Notes: generated from the letters alone by a model not told the origin. 64,000 bases of DNA from the human T2T-CHM13v2.0 reference genome, Homo sapiens (GCF_009914755.1 NC_060939.1), one strand, 5' to 3'. Shown: positions 1 to 15,590, counted from the first letter of the stretch. Translations and numbers: made by a program.

Positions 1-1275
1 GAAAGTAGATTCATGGTTGCCTAGGGCTGGGGTGTGTGTTGGGGGCATGGGGAGTAACTGCTAATGGTCAAGGGGATGATGGAAATGTTCTAAAATGTTC
101 TTTTGGGAATGATGAGAATGTTCTAAAATCAGACTGTGGCGATGATTGTACAACTCTGTAAATGCTCTAAAAACCATTGAATTGTACACTTTATATGAGT
201 GAATTGTAAGGTCTATGAATTATATCTTAATAAAGCAGTTAAAGGAAAAATGGCTATTCCATTAAACTGGAATAGCAATATGATTTAAGATGCCATTCTA
301 TCTATTCATTATTAAACATTGAGGTTAATTTCAGTTTTTCACTCTGCTAAATAATAGTGTAACCAAGCACGCCATTACAAAGAACTTTTTACTAAAGCTG
401 CTATAAATCTAATAAATATGTGATGTCACTAAAGTCACCTACCTCACTTTAAGGTTACAAATCTGTCAATACTTTACAGATGTAAATAAATGGTATCTTC
501 CACACAATTCTCACCCATAGACCAAGGTCAACAGCTTGCCCTTAAACCTCAATTATAATTGGTTTGGCAATAATAGACAAAAATATAGTGACTTAAACAA
601 AACAGAAGTTTGTTTGTCTGTCACATAAGTCTAGAGGTAGGCAGCCCAAGGCTGGGATGGCAGATTTCTACACAATATCCTCAGGATCTCAGGCTCTTTT
701 CAGTCCACTGCTTTGCCAACCCTAGGGTATGGTTCTTGCTCTTATGGACTGAAATGGTAACTACCACATCCTCTAAGTAACAGGCTGAAAGAACACAGAA
801 AGAATGGGAGTGGAAGGAAAGGGAGACAAAGAGTATGTGCCAAGGCCTTTAAGAAAAGTTCCCGGATTCCATTTCTTCTGTATATCCATTGGCTAAACCA
901 CTGTGACAGCCATACTTAATTTCAAGTGGAACTGAGAATATATTCTTTATTCTTGGTAGCATGTGCTTAGATAGAAATTAGGGGTTCTGGGGCCAGGTGT
1001 GGTAGCTCATGCCCATAATCCCAGCACTTTAGGAGGCTGAGACAGGAGGATTGCCTGAGCCCAGGTGTTTGAGACCAGCCTATAGGCAATATAGTGAGAC
1101 CCTGTTTCTAGAAAAATATTTAAAAATTAGCCAGGTGTAGTGGTATATGCCTATAGTCCTAGCTACTTGAGAGGCTGAGGTGGGAGGACTGCTTGAATCC
1201 AGGAGTTCAAGGTGATTGCACCACTGCACTCCAGCCTGGTGAAACAAGAAAGAAAAGAAAAGGAAAAGAAGAGAG

Positions 1276-1332
1276 AGGAAGGAAGGAAGGAAGGAAGGAA
1301 GGAAGGAAGGAAGGAAGGAAGGAAGGAAGGAA
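1276..1332 (+). repeat. (GGAA)n microsatellite from an Alu tail
   Basis: About 14 perfect GGAA units. Confidence 0.95.
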
Positions 1333-1521
1333 ATTAGGGGTTCTATATCATTATGGAAAAAAGAGAAACAGACATTCAGAAATTAACTGGCAGACTTGGC
1401 CAATGACTCATAATGTATCTAATTACAGAAAACACTACCAAAAGCTAGAAAAAAAATCTAGTCACAAAGGATGAAATAACTAAGATGAACTACACACTAA
1501 ATTAAACAGTTTAGGAAATGA

Positions 1522-1858
<337 letters not shown>

Positions 1859-2900
1859 TAGCCTCCCAAAGTGCTGGGATTACAGGTATGAGCCACTATG
1901 CCTGGCCAGAGAACACTTTTAATAAGGATAGTCAGAGGCATTATCCATCAGCTACATTAAAGCAAGTTTTAAAAAACGGTTACATGAGCAATAATTAAGA
2001 TCATATTGCTTTTCACTTCCCATTAAAACAATAAACTTAAAATAGTTCAACTTTGCTTATTTTATTTTTTCATATGCTTCTAATTCCTGGAAGGCTTATG
2101 TTATCACTGATTTTATTGTGTCTGACAATATTTCAAAGATATAGGTTACATTTTGCTTTACTATATACATTGAAAGATACAATCACTTTGGGAAACAAAC
2201 CAAAAAAAGTGTTTCATTATAATTTTAAATTTACACATGCATAATATATCAGAAAAATACTGGATACTCTCTTTCAAGAAATTCCAACATACACAACTTG
2301 GTGTACATTTACTTAATCCTCTTAGTCATTAATTTAAGATCTACAGACAGGCTTGGTTTCTATACAAGAAACAGTCAATGGTATGTAACTACAATAAAGT
2401 ATTCAGGAGAAATGCGTTTCAGGGAAAGATAATTAAGATTTAAGGTTTTTGTCTTTTCTGTTTTTTTGTGTAATTTACAAGATCTGAAGGGCTTAACCAC
2501 AGATGTGAATATAAATAAGGAAAAGTTATCATATGGAAAAAATATAAATTCTCAAATGCTGATGCCAAAAGTAGTGTTAAAATTTTGTCTTATGAAATTT
2601 ATGTCATGGGAGAAGGGCCAGGGCCAGGGCCCACATATACCTAAATGGTCCAAGCACTAAAAAAGTGTGCATTTTCTTTAGATAATTCTATAGCTGGTAT
2701 TCACTTGCTTGGAAGAAGTACAGTTCTAAGATGATAGCTTCACAAATAACACTGTCATTTATAAGTCACAAAAATGTAATAAACCAGTCAGACTCTATAT
2801 AGCATGGCCATATGAATAAAGATAACAAACTGCCTTCTTGAAATCACTACAACTCAATACTAATGAAACTGTCTAGGGTCAATGGTCTTGTAGTCTGAGG

Positions 2901-3473
2901 TGTTATCTGAGCTCATTGTCTCACAACCAAGAAAATTAAGGAGCCTGGACACAAGGGTGAGGTTGGAGCAAAACTTTTATAAGCAAAAGAAAGAAAGCTC
3001 TCCACAGTGGAGAAGGGACCCGAGTGGGCTGCTGTTTTTACAGTTGAATCCAAAAGCTTTTATGTGAAACTCCCCTCAACTCTGTAGCTGTTTGTGTAAC
3101 TTCCCTTATCTATGAAGCTGTGTATGTAACTCTCCTTATCTGTGTATGTCTTGGGTAAACACAAAGTGCAGCTTCTCTTGTTTGTGTAACTGTGGGTCTG
3201 TTTTAGGTAAGCTCCCCACCTCCGTGTGCAAGTTCCCACGGAGCTCACCACATAAATGCCTGAAAAGGGGAGGAAATTTTTTCCTGAGAGCCTGCTAATC
3301 ACACAAAGAACAAAGGCTCTATGCTGGGCCTTGCTTTCTTATCAGTGCAGCTGCCATTTGGTTTTTCCCCAGGCTACTCTATTTATGCCTGTAGCTGTGA
3401 TTTTTTCAGGCTCTTTCTCAGAGGACTAGCCTTAGTGGTCTGCCTAACTGATTTTTCCTTTTCTTCTCCCTCA
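2901..3473 (-). mobile_element. ERV1-type solo LTR
   Basis: TG...CA bounded (TGAGGGAGAAGAAAAGG...GATAACA on the minus strand), internal short tandem repeats; subfamily not determined. Confidence 0.6.
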
Positions 3474-3820
3474 CTATTTCAGCTTATTTAAAAGGCAAGC
3501 ATGTTGGCTTGTTTCTGGGTCTGCTTTGCGGATCTGCAGTTGTATTGTGCCTGGCACATAAGCTACAGAATTTGCTATTTGGGAGAGTGGGGAGGTACTT
3601 GCCTAGAAAATCAAGATGGTTGTGTTCCAATTCTGTTTTGGCCCCCAGTTAGTCCCCCTAAGTAAGACATCTTCTCAAGGTCCTTATTTCCTCATTAAAA
3701 ACAATAAGTGAACGGGACTCGTTCTTTAAGTTCCTTTCTAAAACTGTGATTCTAAGGTGACTTGCAGGTTCATCTAACAAGACATAACACTCATAGTCTG
3801 TTTATGTTAAGTCACTTTTG

Positions 3821-3890
3821 AAACCTGCACGTTGTGCACAGGTACCCTAAAACTTAAAGTATAATAAAAATAAAAAAGAAAAAAAAAGAA
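3821..3890 (+). mobile_element. Very short L1PA 3' end
   Basis: AAACCTGCACGTTGTGCACA.GTACCCTAAAACTTAAAGTATAATAA plus A-tail. Confidence 0.85.
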
Positions 3891-4798
3891 ATATTATCAG
3901 AAACCATCCAACATGATATATGAATTATTAAAATGTTTTTCTCCATTATGTTTCAAGTCAGAGACAGTAATTCAGAACTCCACTAGCATCCTATTTTTTT
4001 TTTTTTTTTTTGAAATGGAGTCTCACTCTGTCGCCCAGGCTGGAGTACAGTGGTGCGATCTTGGCTCACTGCAAGCTCTGCCTCCCAGGTTCATGCCATT
4101 CTCCTGCCTCGGCCTCCTGAGTAGCTGGGACTACAGGCGCCCGCCACCATGTATTTTTGTTTAGTAGAGACGGGGTTTCACCGTGTTACCCAGGATAGTC
4201 TTGATCTCCTGACCTCGTGATCCGCCCGCCTCGGCCTCCCAAAGTGCTGGGATTACAGGCGTAAGCCACTGCGCCTGGCCGCATCCTAATTTTTAAAATC
4301 AAAATAAGATGACCAGAATAATAAAACTTAGCATTCACAGTATTCAATCTAGAAAAAATATAATTAATAGAATGTTAAAGCCAAAAGAGCATTCAACAGA
4401 CAGAAAGAGACAGGGGAGAGAGAAGGGGAGTAGAGAAAGAGAGAGAGAAAAGAGAAAGTGAGAAAGAGAAAGAGAGAGAGAGAGGAGGAGGAGGAGGATT
4501 GAGAGATGGAGAGTTTGTGATTGAGACTTCTCATGAAATGTATTTTAATGACAATTACTCCTTAACAACTGTGCATTGAGAATATTTGAACATATTGTTA
4601 TAAGCTAGGGGAAAAAATCCAGCCCAAATGTCAAAACACAGAACCAAAATGATTCTGAATTTCCTAAAGACATATTTTGAGAAACAGAAAAATTATTTCC
4701 CATTTCTCTATCCCCCAGTACCAAAAGGGAGCATTTTACATTATGCACATCTTGATAATATTTTATAGAAAATAAATGCAAGGTATTTACAATTTAAT

Positions 4799-4941
4799 TT
4801 AATATTTCCTCTTCAATTTGTTTTTTATAGCAGACATATTAATTTCATTTTGAACATGATATGCCAAATATCCCGAGTTTCCAGCAATGAAGTCATGTAA
4901 CTCCCCAAGGAATTTCTTCATGGCATCAATTGATATATAAT
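4799..4941 (-). pseudogene. TERB2 terminal-exon (exon 7) paralog
   Basis: Acceptor ttttattttgtAG, then YISIDAMKKFLGELHDFIAGNSGYLAYHVQNEINMSAIKNKLKRKY* (TAA 4799-4801), matching the TERB2 C-terminus as I recall it; phase fits the exon 6 donor. Confidence 0.85.
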
Positions 4942-6735
4942 CTACAAAATAAAATAAAATAAATATATACAGATATATACTTGAAACCCTCTCATACTAT
5001 TTGCTTTTCAGTGTCTTTGATTTATTAGAGTTAAGACTTCTAAAGAATGTTTTTAGAAAATAAGTAAAAAGAAGAAATAATACTAGTAAGAAGATTCTCC
5101 ATGAAACCTTATAATTATCAGGGAACACCTCCTCTTCCCCTCCCACAACTTTCTGCCACCTTTTAAAAGATTAAAATGCGGATTAAAGTCGCTTTAACTA
5201 TTGAGATTGTGAAGTCTAGGTTGGGGCTAGAACGTAAAAGAGACCAAAATAACTGGGAAGTGTATCTAGCTTAGAGGGTAATCACTTAGAACTATCCATC
5301 CAACTAGCTACTAACAGTATAAACAGTTCATCTTCCCTGTTTCAGCAGGCAACACTTTCCTGCACTGCTAACACTGGAATAGGATTCTTTTAACAAAAAA
5401 ATTAATGAAAAATTGATGTTACTGCTCATTCAACAAAGATAATGGGTGAGAGTAATTTTGATGTCAATTAGTTATCCAAAACAGATATGAGTCATATAAA
5501 AAATGCTGCCTAGAATGGAGACAGCTTAAGGACTCTATGACTAAGCAATATTAACTTGATATCAGTTGCTTACTATTTAAATGATTACATTTTATGTGTA
5601 ACACAAGTGTTTGTGGCTTTTACTAAAATTGAAATCTAATTTAAAAGTAAATATTGTGTGGAAAAAATTCTGATAAAGCTCAAGGATGACTGAATTTAGA
5701 ACACCATACCATCAAGATCAACAGGATATCCATGCATATTGTTTAATCATTTTTAATAAAAAATAAATTCACAGTTAATAAATTAACTATGAATCCAACC
5801 ATATAAAATTGACTAGTATCTTTAAAGATATTTTAATCATGGTCATTTACTTTAGGAGCTCCTGAAGCACTATACTCTATGAGTTCATAATCTTTGCCTA
5901 ATGGCTATGTATCTGTGTAAAATAAGCTAGTGCAGAAAACTATCACTATTAGTGTTTAGTTAATTGCACATATACACTGTGTGAAACCTCTGAAGATGTG
6001 TGAGGATAGGAATTTAAAAATTACTACATTAGTAAAAAATATTCCTGTAAGTATAAGAAGGATAGGACATTTATGGCATCAGAAATAAATTATTGTAGCA
6101 TTTTTGAATAGTTAAGGACTTTAGGATGAAATGGACAGAAACCTAATTTAAACTAACTTAAACAAAAGGGGAGTTTACTGGAAGGACATTGCCGTATCAT
6201 CCGAGCTGTGAGGAAGGCAGGCATATTGCTGGGACTCAGAGTTAATTAGAACCAGCTATGATCGCTCTCACCAGTCTGAAGTTTTTAGGGTTTTTTTTCG
6301 TGTGTGTGTGTGTGTGTTTTGACAGGGTCTTATTTTGTTGCCCATGCTGGAGTGCAGTGGCACTATCACACCTCACTGCAGCCTTGGTCTCAAGTTTTTC
6401 TCTATGTATTAGCCTCATTTTCCTTTTTGGAGGCAAGTTGGCTTTCTTTTCATGGTAGAAAATACGGCCAATGACAGCTCCTAAGTTTTACATCTTAGAG
6501 TTTTGATCACCTAAATGAGAATGACTTGATTTGCTATGTTCCACATCTAAAAATCCAGAAGAAGATCTGCAATTAGCCCAGTTCAAATCAGGCATTCACT
6601 CTCAAAGCAAATGTTGAGCATGGGGAGCAAGCTCATGTTTAAAAAAATGTCTGTTCCTGTGTTATCCAGATAAATTGGGAGGGAGAAGGGAATTCCTAAG
6701 AAAGGCACTCCTGGTGGACAATCCCACATGCATCT

Positions 6736-7414
6736 GTGATAGCCAGCCACCCAGTGGCCCCAACTGATCCCCACCTCCTGATATTCACAGTCCACTACGA
6801 TTTTGTACTTGGTTTGATCTGTATAACCAATATGACAGAAGTGATGCAATGTCACTTCTGAGAGTCGGATGTAAAAAAGACTATGGCTTTTCTTCTTGGG
6901 CATGCTCTTTCTTATTCTTGGATTTTTCACTCTGAGGGAAGCAAACTACCTACCATGCTGTGGATGGTCCTTATGGAGAGGCCCATTTGGTGAAGAGTTG
7001 AAGCCTTTGGCCAAAATCCAGCAAAGACCCAACATCTGCCAATAACCACTTGAATGAGGTTTGAAGTGGATTTTCCAGTCCCAGTTGTGCCTTGGAATGA
7101 CTGCACTCCAGCTGACAACTTGACTGCAACCTTACAAAAGGCTATGAGACAGAAGTACCCAGCTAGGATACTCCTGGATTTCTGACCTTAGAAACTGAAA
7201 TAATAAATGTTCACTGGGTCAGGTGCAGTGGCTCGTACCTGGAATCCCAGCACCTTGGGAGGCCAAGGCAGGAGGATTGCTTGAGCCCAGGAGTTTGAGC
7301 CCAGCTTGGGCAACACAGTGAGACCTCATCTCTATAATAAATAAATAAACAAATGTTCATTGTTTTAAGCTGCTAAGTTTCAGAGCACTTTGATTTACAT
7401 CAATAACTAGTACA
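6736..7414 (+). mobile_element. MLT1-type MaLR LTR with nested Alu monomer
   Basis: TGTGATAG...CCCCACCTCCTGATATTCAC start; ...TGTTTTAAGCTGCTAAGTTT...AATAACTAGTACA end; FLAM-like piece at ~7217-7350. Confidence 0.65.
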
Positions 7415-7639
7415 GCATCTATTATAGATTTCCAAACTTTTAATTATCAGAACCTTTTGATTTGAAAATTGTTGCCAGCAAAGTATTTATAATTATTAGT
7501 AATTGCTTTCTTACTCTTATTAATCACATATGTAAATGTCAATCAGAACTTCTTATCATGGGTGATAATAAGTGATATTAGTCTGAGGGAATTTAATTCC
7601 AGTCATAAGCTGAAAACAAAACAAAAAATCTTTTGATGT

Positions 7640-8157
<518 letters not shown>

Positions 8158-9379
8158 TTCTAGGCTATTGCCCCAACGTGTACTTTCTATAACTAAAGAC
8201 CACAATTAATTCTATTTTCAGAAATTTAATAGTCAATGAGTTGAACCTAACCCATCCTGAGGAAGAGATAGTCAAGTTTTAGTCACAAAAATTGATACCA
8301 CAGCCTAAATTAGAACTCTTAGTCACTAAATGTTTAATTAACACAAGCTGATTTTTTCCAACAAGAAGTTATTCCTTCCTGTGCAAGCAGATGGGCATGA
8401 TAAAAAAGAGAAGTACTTGTTATTTCACATCAAAATTAAAAACAAATACATTATCTCTAAAAATGAAGATTTCTTCCAAGAAATTGCTATTATTTAATGC
8501 AGAAATATGAAAAAGGAAATTTATTCAATTGAGAAAATAAAAAGATTAAAAATTTTTACTTTAGTTCTACCAATAAAATTCACAACAGAGTATTGCCACA
8601 GGTTGAAATTATACTTTTAAAATTCTGACTAATTTTTTAAGTTTTTTAAAATTTGTTTTTGTGTTACACTGTTATGTCTTTGTGAAAAATCAGACTGTTT
8701 CTTTATCCAGCAATAATACATAAAACAGCACTGTTACATGTCCAAATGTAGGCATATGTCCTTATCTATGGCTGATTTTAATATTTATCATTGCTCTTCT
8801 TTTTTTTTTTTTGAGACGAAGTTTCGCTCTGTCGCCCAGGTTGGAGTGCAGTGGCGCGATCTTGGCTCACTGCAACCTCCGCCTCCTGGGGTCACGCCTT
8901 CTCCTGCCTCAGCCTCCCGAGTAGCTGGGACTACAGGCGTCCGCAACCACGCCCGGATAATTTTTTGTATTTTTAGTAGAGGCGGGGTTTCACCGTGTTA
9001 GCCAGGATAGTCTCGATCTCCTGACCTCGTGATCTGCCCGCCTCGGCCTCCCAAAGTGCTGGGATTACAGGCGTGAGCCACCGCGCCCAGCCGGAATACT
9101 TTCATTTATTAACAAATGATATGACTAGGCACCCTGAAGAGCCAAGATGATCGATTAAAATATTCTTAGAATGTTAAGGAATTCCAAATGGGTAGATATA
9201 AGACCAATACTCTCAATTCAATAACTCAGAGTGGCTGCTTTCGCTCGCAAAGTGGAGGTATCTTCAAGGAAATCGGAACCCGTGGTGATCCCTGGCAACC
9301 CGATCTGTTTTTGGCTGTTTCTAAACATTAAGGAATGGAAACTCCATGGCGGCCCTAAGTAGCCTGGTTTCAGGCTCTC

Positions 9380-10830
9380 ATGGATGCACTGATAGAAGGT
9401 GATACCTGTATGCTAAATTATGAGAAAACCACAGCAACTCCAATTTCAACATATTGAGGAGATGCTTCTGTTGCTTCCCAATTTGCCCATATGAAGACAT
9501 CAAAAAAGGACTTAAGGATTCAGAGAAAGAGAAATCTTATGATAAAGAAAAGAATTAGATTTTTGGAAGAAAAGCTTATAGGAGCTCAATTAGATGAAGA
9601 AACAAGTTTTGTGGAATAGCAACAAGTAAATAAGGCCTATTATGCATATTGAAAGATTTGTGGCCCGGCGCGGTGGCTCACACCTGTAATCCCAGCACTT
9701 TAGGAGGCTGAGGCGGGCGGATCACAAGATCAGGAGATCGAGACCATCCTGGCTAACACAGTGATACCCCATCTCTACTAAAAACATAAAAAATTAGCCG
9801 GCATGGTGGCAGGCGCCTGTAGTCCCAGCTACTCGGGAGGCTGAGGCAGGAGGATGGCGTGAACCCGGAAGGCGGAGCTTGTAGTGAGCCGAGATTGCCC
9901 ACTGCACTCCAGCCTGGGTGACAGGGTGAGACTCTGTCTCAAAAAAAAAAAAAAAAAAGAAAGAAAGATTTGCATTGATAGACATGATTTAAAGAGCAAA
10001 TTGGATAAAATGAGTAAACACAACTCTGAATCTTTAAAAGTATTGAATAAACAGATGCAATCTAAAGAAGTAGAACTCTAGCTAAGGACAGAGGTGGAAA
10101 CTCAGCTGGTGATGAGGAATTTCAATCCACCTTCATCAAACTGGGAGGTGGAAATGTTAAGCTGTAACCTGAAGATCCAAGGTTTGGAACAAGAGCTGAT
10201 GAGGAAAGAATATAACGATCTCAAAATAGAACTACTCAAAAACCAAACAAACCTATCTGTATGAGGAAGACAATCTTGAAGAGCAGAGATCTCTGAAGAG
10301 TAAGAACTTCAAGTGATAATACACAGAATGTATACTGGCAACTGAAGAGATAAATGTCTAATTTATATCTGGTGACTCAAGTGCTAGCTGAACTATTAAG
10401 AAAACTGGAAACCCCAACTGCAATCAAGAAAGCCTGCACCTCAGTAAGATGCATTGAAGACCCTTGGAAAGACAGCACAAAACTGCACATGATGAATTTT
10501 ACTGCAACATACACAAGACATCCCCTTCCCTGACCAAATGGCAAAGTTCTTTTTTATACTACATCTTCCCCTTTACCAGGAGATATAAAGGTTTTATCAG
10601 AGAAAGCAGTCCTCCAATCACGGACAGATAATGAGAGAGCCATTCCTAATGAGGGCACACACTCTTATGGCAGAAATTCTCTGGAAGATCATTTTGAGTA
10701 TTCCCAATCCCTCCTGACTCAAGTGAGACAGCATTTAGGAAAATTAAAAGTAAAATTTTGCCTTTTAACAAATGTGCCACTACTGCATTACTTGGATCAA
10801 CATAGTCAAAATTTCCTTTATAAGACTTAA
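9380..10830 (+). pseudogene. AZI2 (NAP1, TBK1 adaptor) processed pseudogene, left copy, interrupted by an AluY
   Basis: Intronless degenerate MDALIE.D.C.LN.EK / LKDSEKE / KRIRFLEEKL / LKSKLDKM..HNSESLKVLN / NPPSSNWEVE / SSYGRNSLED / HYLDQH..TAA, recognised as AZI2; several stops and frameshifts; UTR-like flanks ~9230-10960. Confidence 0.88.
9662..9959 (+). mobile_element. AluY specific to the left arm
   Basis: Full length, CpG-rich; TSD GAAAGATTTG; empty site at ~60891-60901. Confidence 0.9.
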
Positions 10831-11913
10831 CTCTGAAGAGATTCATCATTTGATCAAAAGGACACTGTCTCTCAGTGGTTCTCTCAAGAAATTCTTAACA
10901 AACTAAACGTAGATTTTGATTAAAATTTTGTAGAGTTCTTTAGTATATGCATTTGAACATACTGTATGATATTATGTAGTTTATTTCCAGTATGAAAGAA
11001 TACCCTCCAGCTCCATATTCTAAGAAACAGATATATGCTACTAATTTTTTTTTTTTTTGATACATGGCCTCACTCTTTCACCTTGGTTGAAGCACAGTGG
11101 AATGACCATAGATAGCTCACTGCAAACCTCAACTCCTGGGCTTAAGCAATCCTCCTGCCCCAGCCTCCCAAGTAGCTAGGACTACAGGAGTACACCATTA
11201 CATCCAGTTAATTTTTTTTTTAATCTTTTGTATAGACTGGGTCTCTCTATATTGCTCCGACTGGTCTCGAACTCCTGGCCCCAAGCTATCCTCATGCCTC
11301 AGCCTTCCAAAGTGCTGGGATGACAGGTGTGAGCCACCATGCCTGGCCTGCTACCATACTAATTAATAAATACCTTGGGCCCAGAAGTTCAAGACCAGCC
11401 TCAGCAACATAGTGAGATGCCATCTTGACAAAAAATAATTTAATTAGGCTGGGTGAATTGGGGCACACCTGTAATCCTAGCACTTTGGGAGGCCTAGGAG
11501 GGTGGATTGCTTGAGGCCAGGAGTTTGAGACCAGCCTGGCCAACATGGCAAAAACATGTTTCCATTAAAAATACCAAAAAAAGTTGTCCAGGCGTGGTGG
11601 TACACACCTGTAGTCCCAGCTACTCAGGAGGCTGAGGCACAAAAATTGTTTGAACCCAGGAGGTAGAAGTTGAGAGGTTACGGTGAGCCAAGATTGTGCC
11701 ACTGTACTCCAGCCTGGGTGACAGAGCGAGACCCTGTATCAAAAAAAAAATTTTTTTTTTTTTTGTTAATTAGCCAGGCGTGGTGGCCCACATCTGCGGT
11801 CCTAGCTACTCAGCAGGCTGAGGTGGGAGGATTGCTTGAGCCCGGGAGTTCCAGGTTGCAGTGAGCATATGATCATGCTACCTCACTGCAGCTTGGGTGA
11901 CACAGCAAGATCC

Positions 11914-11915
<2 letters not shown>

Positions 11916-11968
<53 letters not shown>
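11916..11968 (+). repeat. (TC)n(AC)n compound microsatellite
   Basis: Directly visible; the paralog at ~58937-58959 is much shorter. Confidence 0.95.
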
Positions 11969-11970
<2 letters not shown>

Positions 11971-12444
11971 TTAAGTAAATAAATAAATAAACATAAGGTG
12001 TTTAAGAAAGAAGAAAAACGCCTCTTTATACCATAATTTCCACATCTGAGAATTTACATGAAGAAAACTATCAAAAAAGTAGAGCAAGATTTACTTTTAA
12101 AAAGATGTTCATGGAGGTGTCATAAAAGTAATAAATTCTAGGCCAGGTGTGGTGGCTCATGCCTGTAATCCTAGTGGCATTTTGGGAGGCTGAGGAGGGA
12201 GGATCTCTCGCTTCAACCTGGGAGGTTGAGGCTGCAGTGAACTGAAATAACGTCACTGCACCCAGCCCTGGGGGTCAGAGTGAGCTTTTGTCTCAAAAAA
12301 AAAAAAAAAAAAAGGTTAAACAAACAAAATGAAATGCCATATGCTGCCAGTACACATCATAATATCAAATAAGATTTTTCGGCCAGCCACAGGTGGTTTA
12401 TGCCTGTAATCCCGCCACTTTGGGAGGCTGAAGCAGGTAGATCA

Positions 12445-12662
<218 letters not shown>

Positions 12663-13086
12663 TTAAAAACAAAAAACGAAGGTTATCACTGGGAGAGGAT
12701 TTGGGAGAAATTAGGATTTTATACTAATTCTGTACTGCCTGATTTTTCATACATCAAGTTTGTATGATGTAAAAAAAATCAACGTCCCTAGTACTATGCT
12801 AACAAATGCTTCAGCAGGTAAATTGAGGGTATATTTTATCTGTGTTCACACTGCACCCTCTGGTGTTTCCACAGAGAAAAGGCTCTAAGTAGACACCTAC
12901 CTAGGGTTTATTCATATCCTTTGTCCATTTCTGTTGTTTTTGGATTGGACATATTTTTCCCAGATTTCTAATACCTCTTTGTATATTAAGGAAATTAGCC
13001 CTTATGGGAGAAAAACTTGAAAAAATTATATAAATTACATCATTACTTTTTATTTTGAAGAAAGATAACTACTATTTGATCATTTA

Positions 13087-13617
13087 TATTACAGCAGCTA
13101 AATACCAGACTGTAGGGTACCCCAGTCCCATCCTCCCCTCCCCTGATTCCACTCCTGGCTTGCTTTCTGTGTCCTGACCAAAAATCACAGAGGGCTTTGA
13201 CTGCTCTGTGAGACAGCCCAGTGCAGGGTTTTCCCATCAGGCTTGAACTCAAACCAGGACCTTAAACATTTCCAGGCACTGATAAAGGTATCTAGGTTGC
13301 TGCTCAAAACACTGAATGAAATTGGCCTCAGCCCTGAGCCAGATTCCTTAAACCCTCATATAAACTCCATACCCAGACCCCCTCACTGTGGATATACCTA
13401 GGTAGAACACCCCTTATATCTTGTCCATTGCAAGGATTGGTGTGATACTCTGCAAGTTCCCTCAATAGATGCTTTAGACTGATTACTCTAGCTAGTGGTT
13501 CTTTCTTTAGAATCCCAACTGGCCCCAACTTGGGACAGTTTGGGGCACTCCGTGGTGGGGATTCCCCTGCCTCCACTTTTAGGTTGACTCCGGCCACAGG
13601 TTTGGAGGGATAAAACA
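13087..13617 (+). mobile_element. ERVL-type solo LTR (MER54-like); mirrored at ~57285-57815
   Basis: 3' end ...TTGGGGCACTCC...GACTCCGGCCACAGG...AAAACA resembles the MER54/MER74 group; subfamily call from recall. Confidence 0.55.
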
Positions 13618-15362
13618 GACTTCTGAAGAACCAATGTTCCCTATGAATATTTGAAAACCAACTGAATTGGAAAATATGGAACTAGGGCTAGATCATGTAT
13701 AACTAGGACCTGCAATGAAAAGGCCTCTCATAAACTGGTCCTAATATAACGGCAAGGCCATGTTTGTTTGTCTTTTTAAGTTAATTTCTTGTTTTTCTTT
13801 GAGACAGAGTATTGTTCTGTCACCCAGGCTAGAGTGCAGTGGCGTGATCACGGCTCACTGCGGTCTCAACCTCCTGGGCTCAAGTGATCCTCCCACCTCA
13901 GCCTCCAAATAGCTGGGACTACAGGTATGTGCCACTATGCCCAGCTAGTATTTTAAATTTTTTATAGAGATGGGGTATCCCTATGCTGCCCAGACTGGTC
14001 TCAAATTCCTGGGCTCAAGCGGTCATCCAGCTTCAGCCTCCCTAAGTGCTGAGATTACAAGCATGTGCTACAATGCCCAGGCTAAATTTAATTTCTTAAA
14101 CCAATGTAATATATTACAAGCAATTTGGAAAGAAGAGGGGAAATCACTCATCACTTTTCATCCTAATAAAATTACTGCTAATATGTAGTGTATTTCCTTC
14201 CAAGTAAAAAATATATTTTAAGATTATTTTGTAGTTCATAAGCATGATGATTGGGTTTTCACACACAGATACATATAATTTTTAAATAATGTATTAACTG
14301 TTATCATAACATACATAAAATCCTTGTCTCCTTTCTGCAGAGACAGTATAGTGTGCTATACTATGAGATAGTATAGTATTCTACATAGTAAATACCTGGT
14401 ATAGTATTTAATGACTACCATTTAAATAATGGGCTCTGACTCATTGAAATCCTGCTTCTCCCCTACTTAACAAAGTTTATATGACTTTGGGGAAATTGCT
14501 TATCTTTCTAATCATAGATCTCTTTTTTTGTATAATGGGAATGACTTATAACGCTATCTATCTCATAGGAAAACTGAAAATTAAATGAGATAAGCACAAA
14601 ATCAGTGGTCACAGATTTCTACATTGAATTGAATATCAATGAAGTTTATGAATTCAATACCTTTCGGATAATTCTTTTTTGTGCTATGTTGCTAGTTCAC
14701 TGTTTTCCCTAAGGGTCTTTATTTCATTTGGTGTTACTTCATCATGCTGTGGATAGAAAAATAAATCACATTTAAAAAAATCGTCATACCAGTGATCCAA
14801 TCAGTAATGTTTTTAAAAAGGAAAAATAAACTGGAAATATATATATCAAAAGCCATAAAAATATTTACACATTTAAGTCCACTCAGTCTAGCTTTGTGGA
14901 GAAAATTTACAAAATTTTGTCCACACAAACATGTAATTATACTATATATTTTTGGAGACACATAAAGAAGACCAGAATTTTAAATATACCAGCTGTGGTT
15001 ATGTCAGATAAGTAAAACTTTGACTGATTTTATTCTCCTTTCAATTATTGAAATTTCCTCTAATGTGGTTATATTACCTTTTAGTCACAAAAATAAGGAA
15101 ACAAAAAAACTTGCTACTAATTTAAACTTTCTTAAAATCCTTGACTTAAGGATTCCTGCGAGCTACAAATCAAAAATATAAAGTAAGCTGAACAAATTAT
15201 GTTTCTCCTTCAAAAGGACATTGACGTATTTAGCTGTAAAGATAAAAAATGACTAAATGTATGTTAAGCTTTTTCTAAATATTCTGTGAAAGCAACTTAG
15301 ATACTGGTACCTATCACATAATCTATTTATTTTATATACCAGTAAGAAGTTTCTTTTTTTAA

Positions 15363-15590
<228 letters not shown>

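Noticed and set aside
13043-13597. ORF pairs conserved between 13043-13597 and 57305-57859, suggesting a small duplicated gene
   Set aside because: They lie in an LTR and start at GTG/TTG; their similarity is explained by the segmental duplication and conversion.
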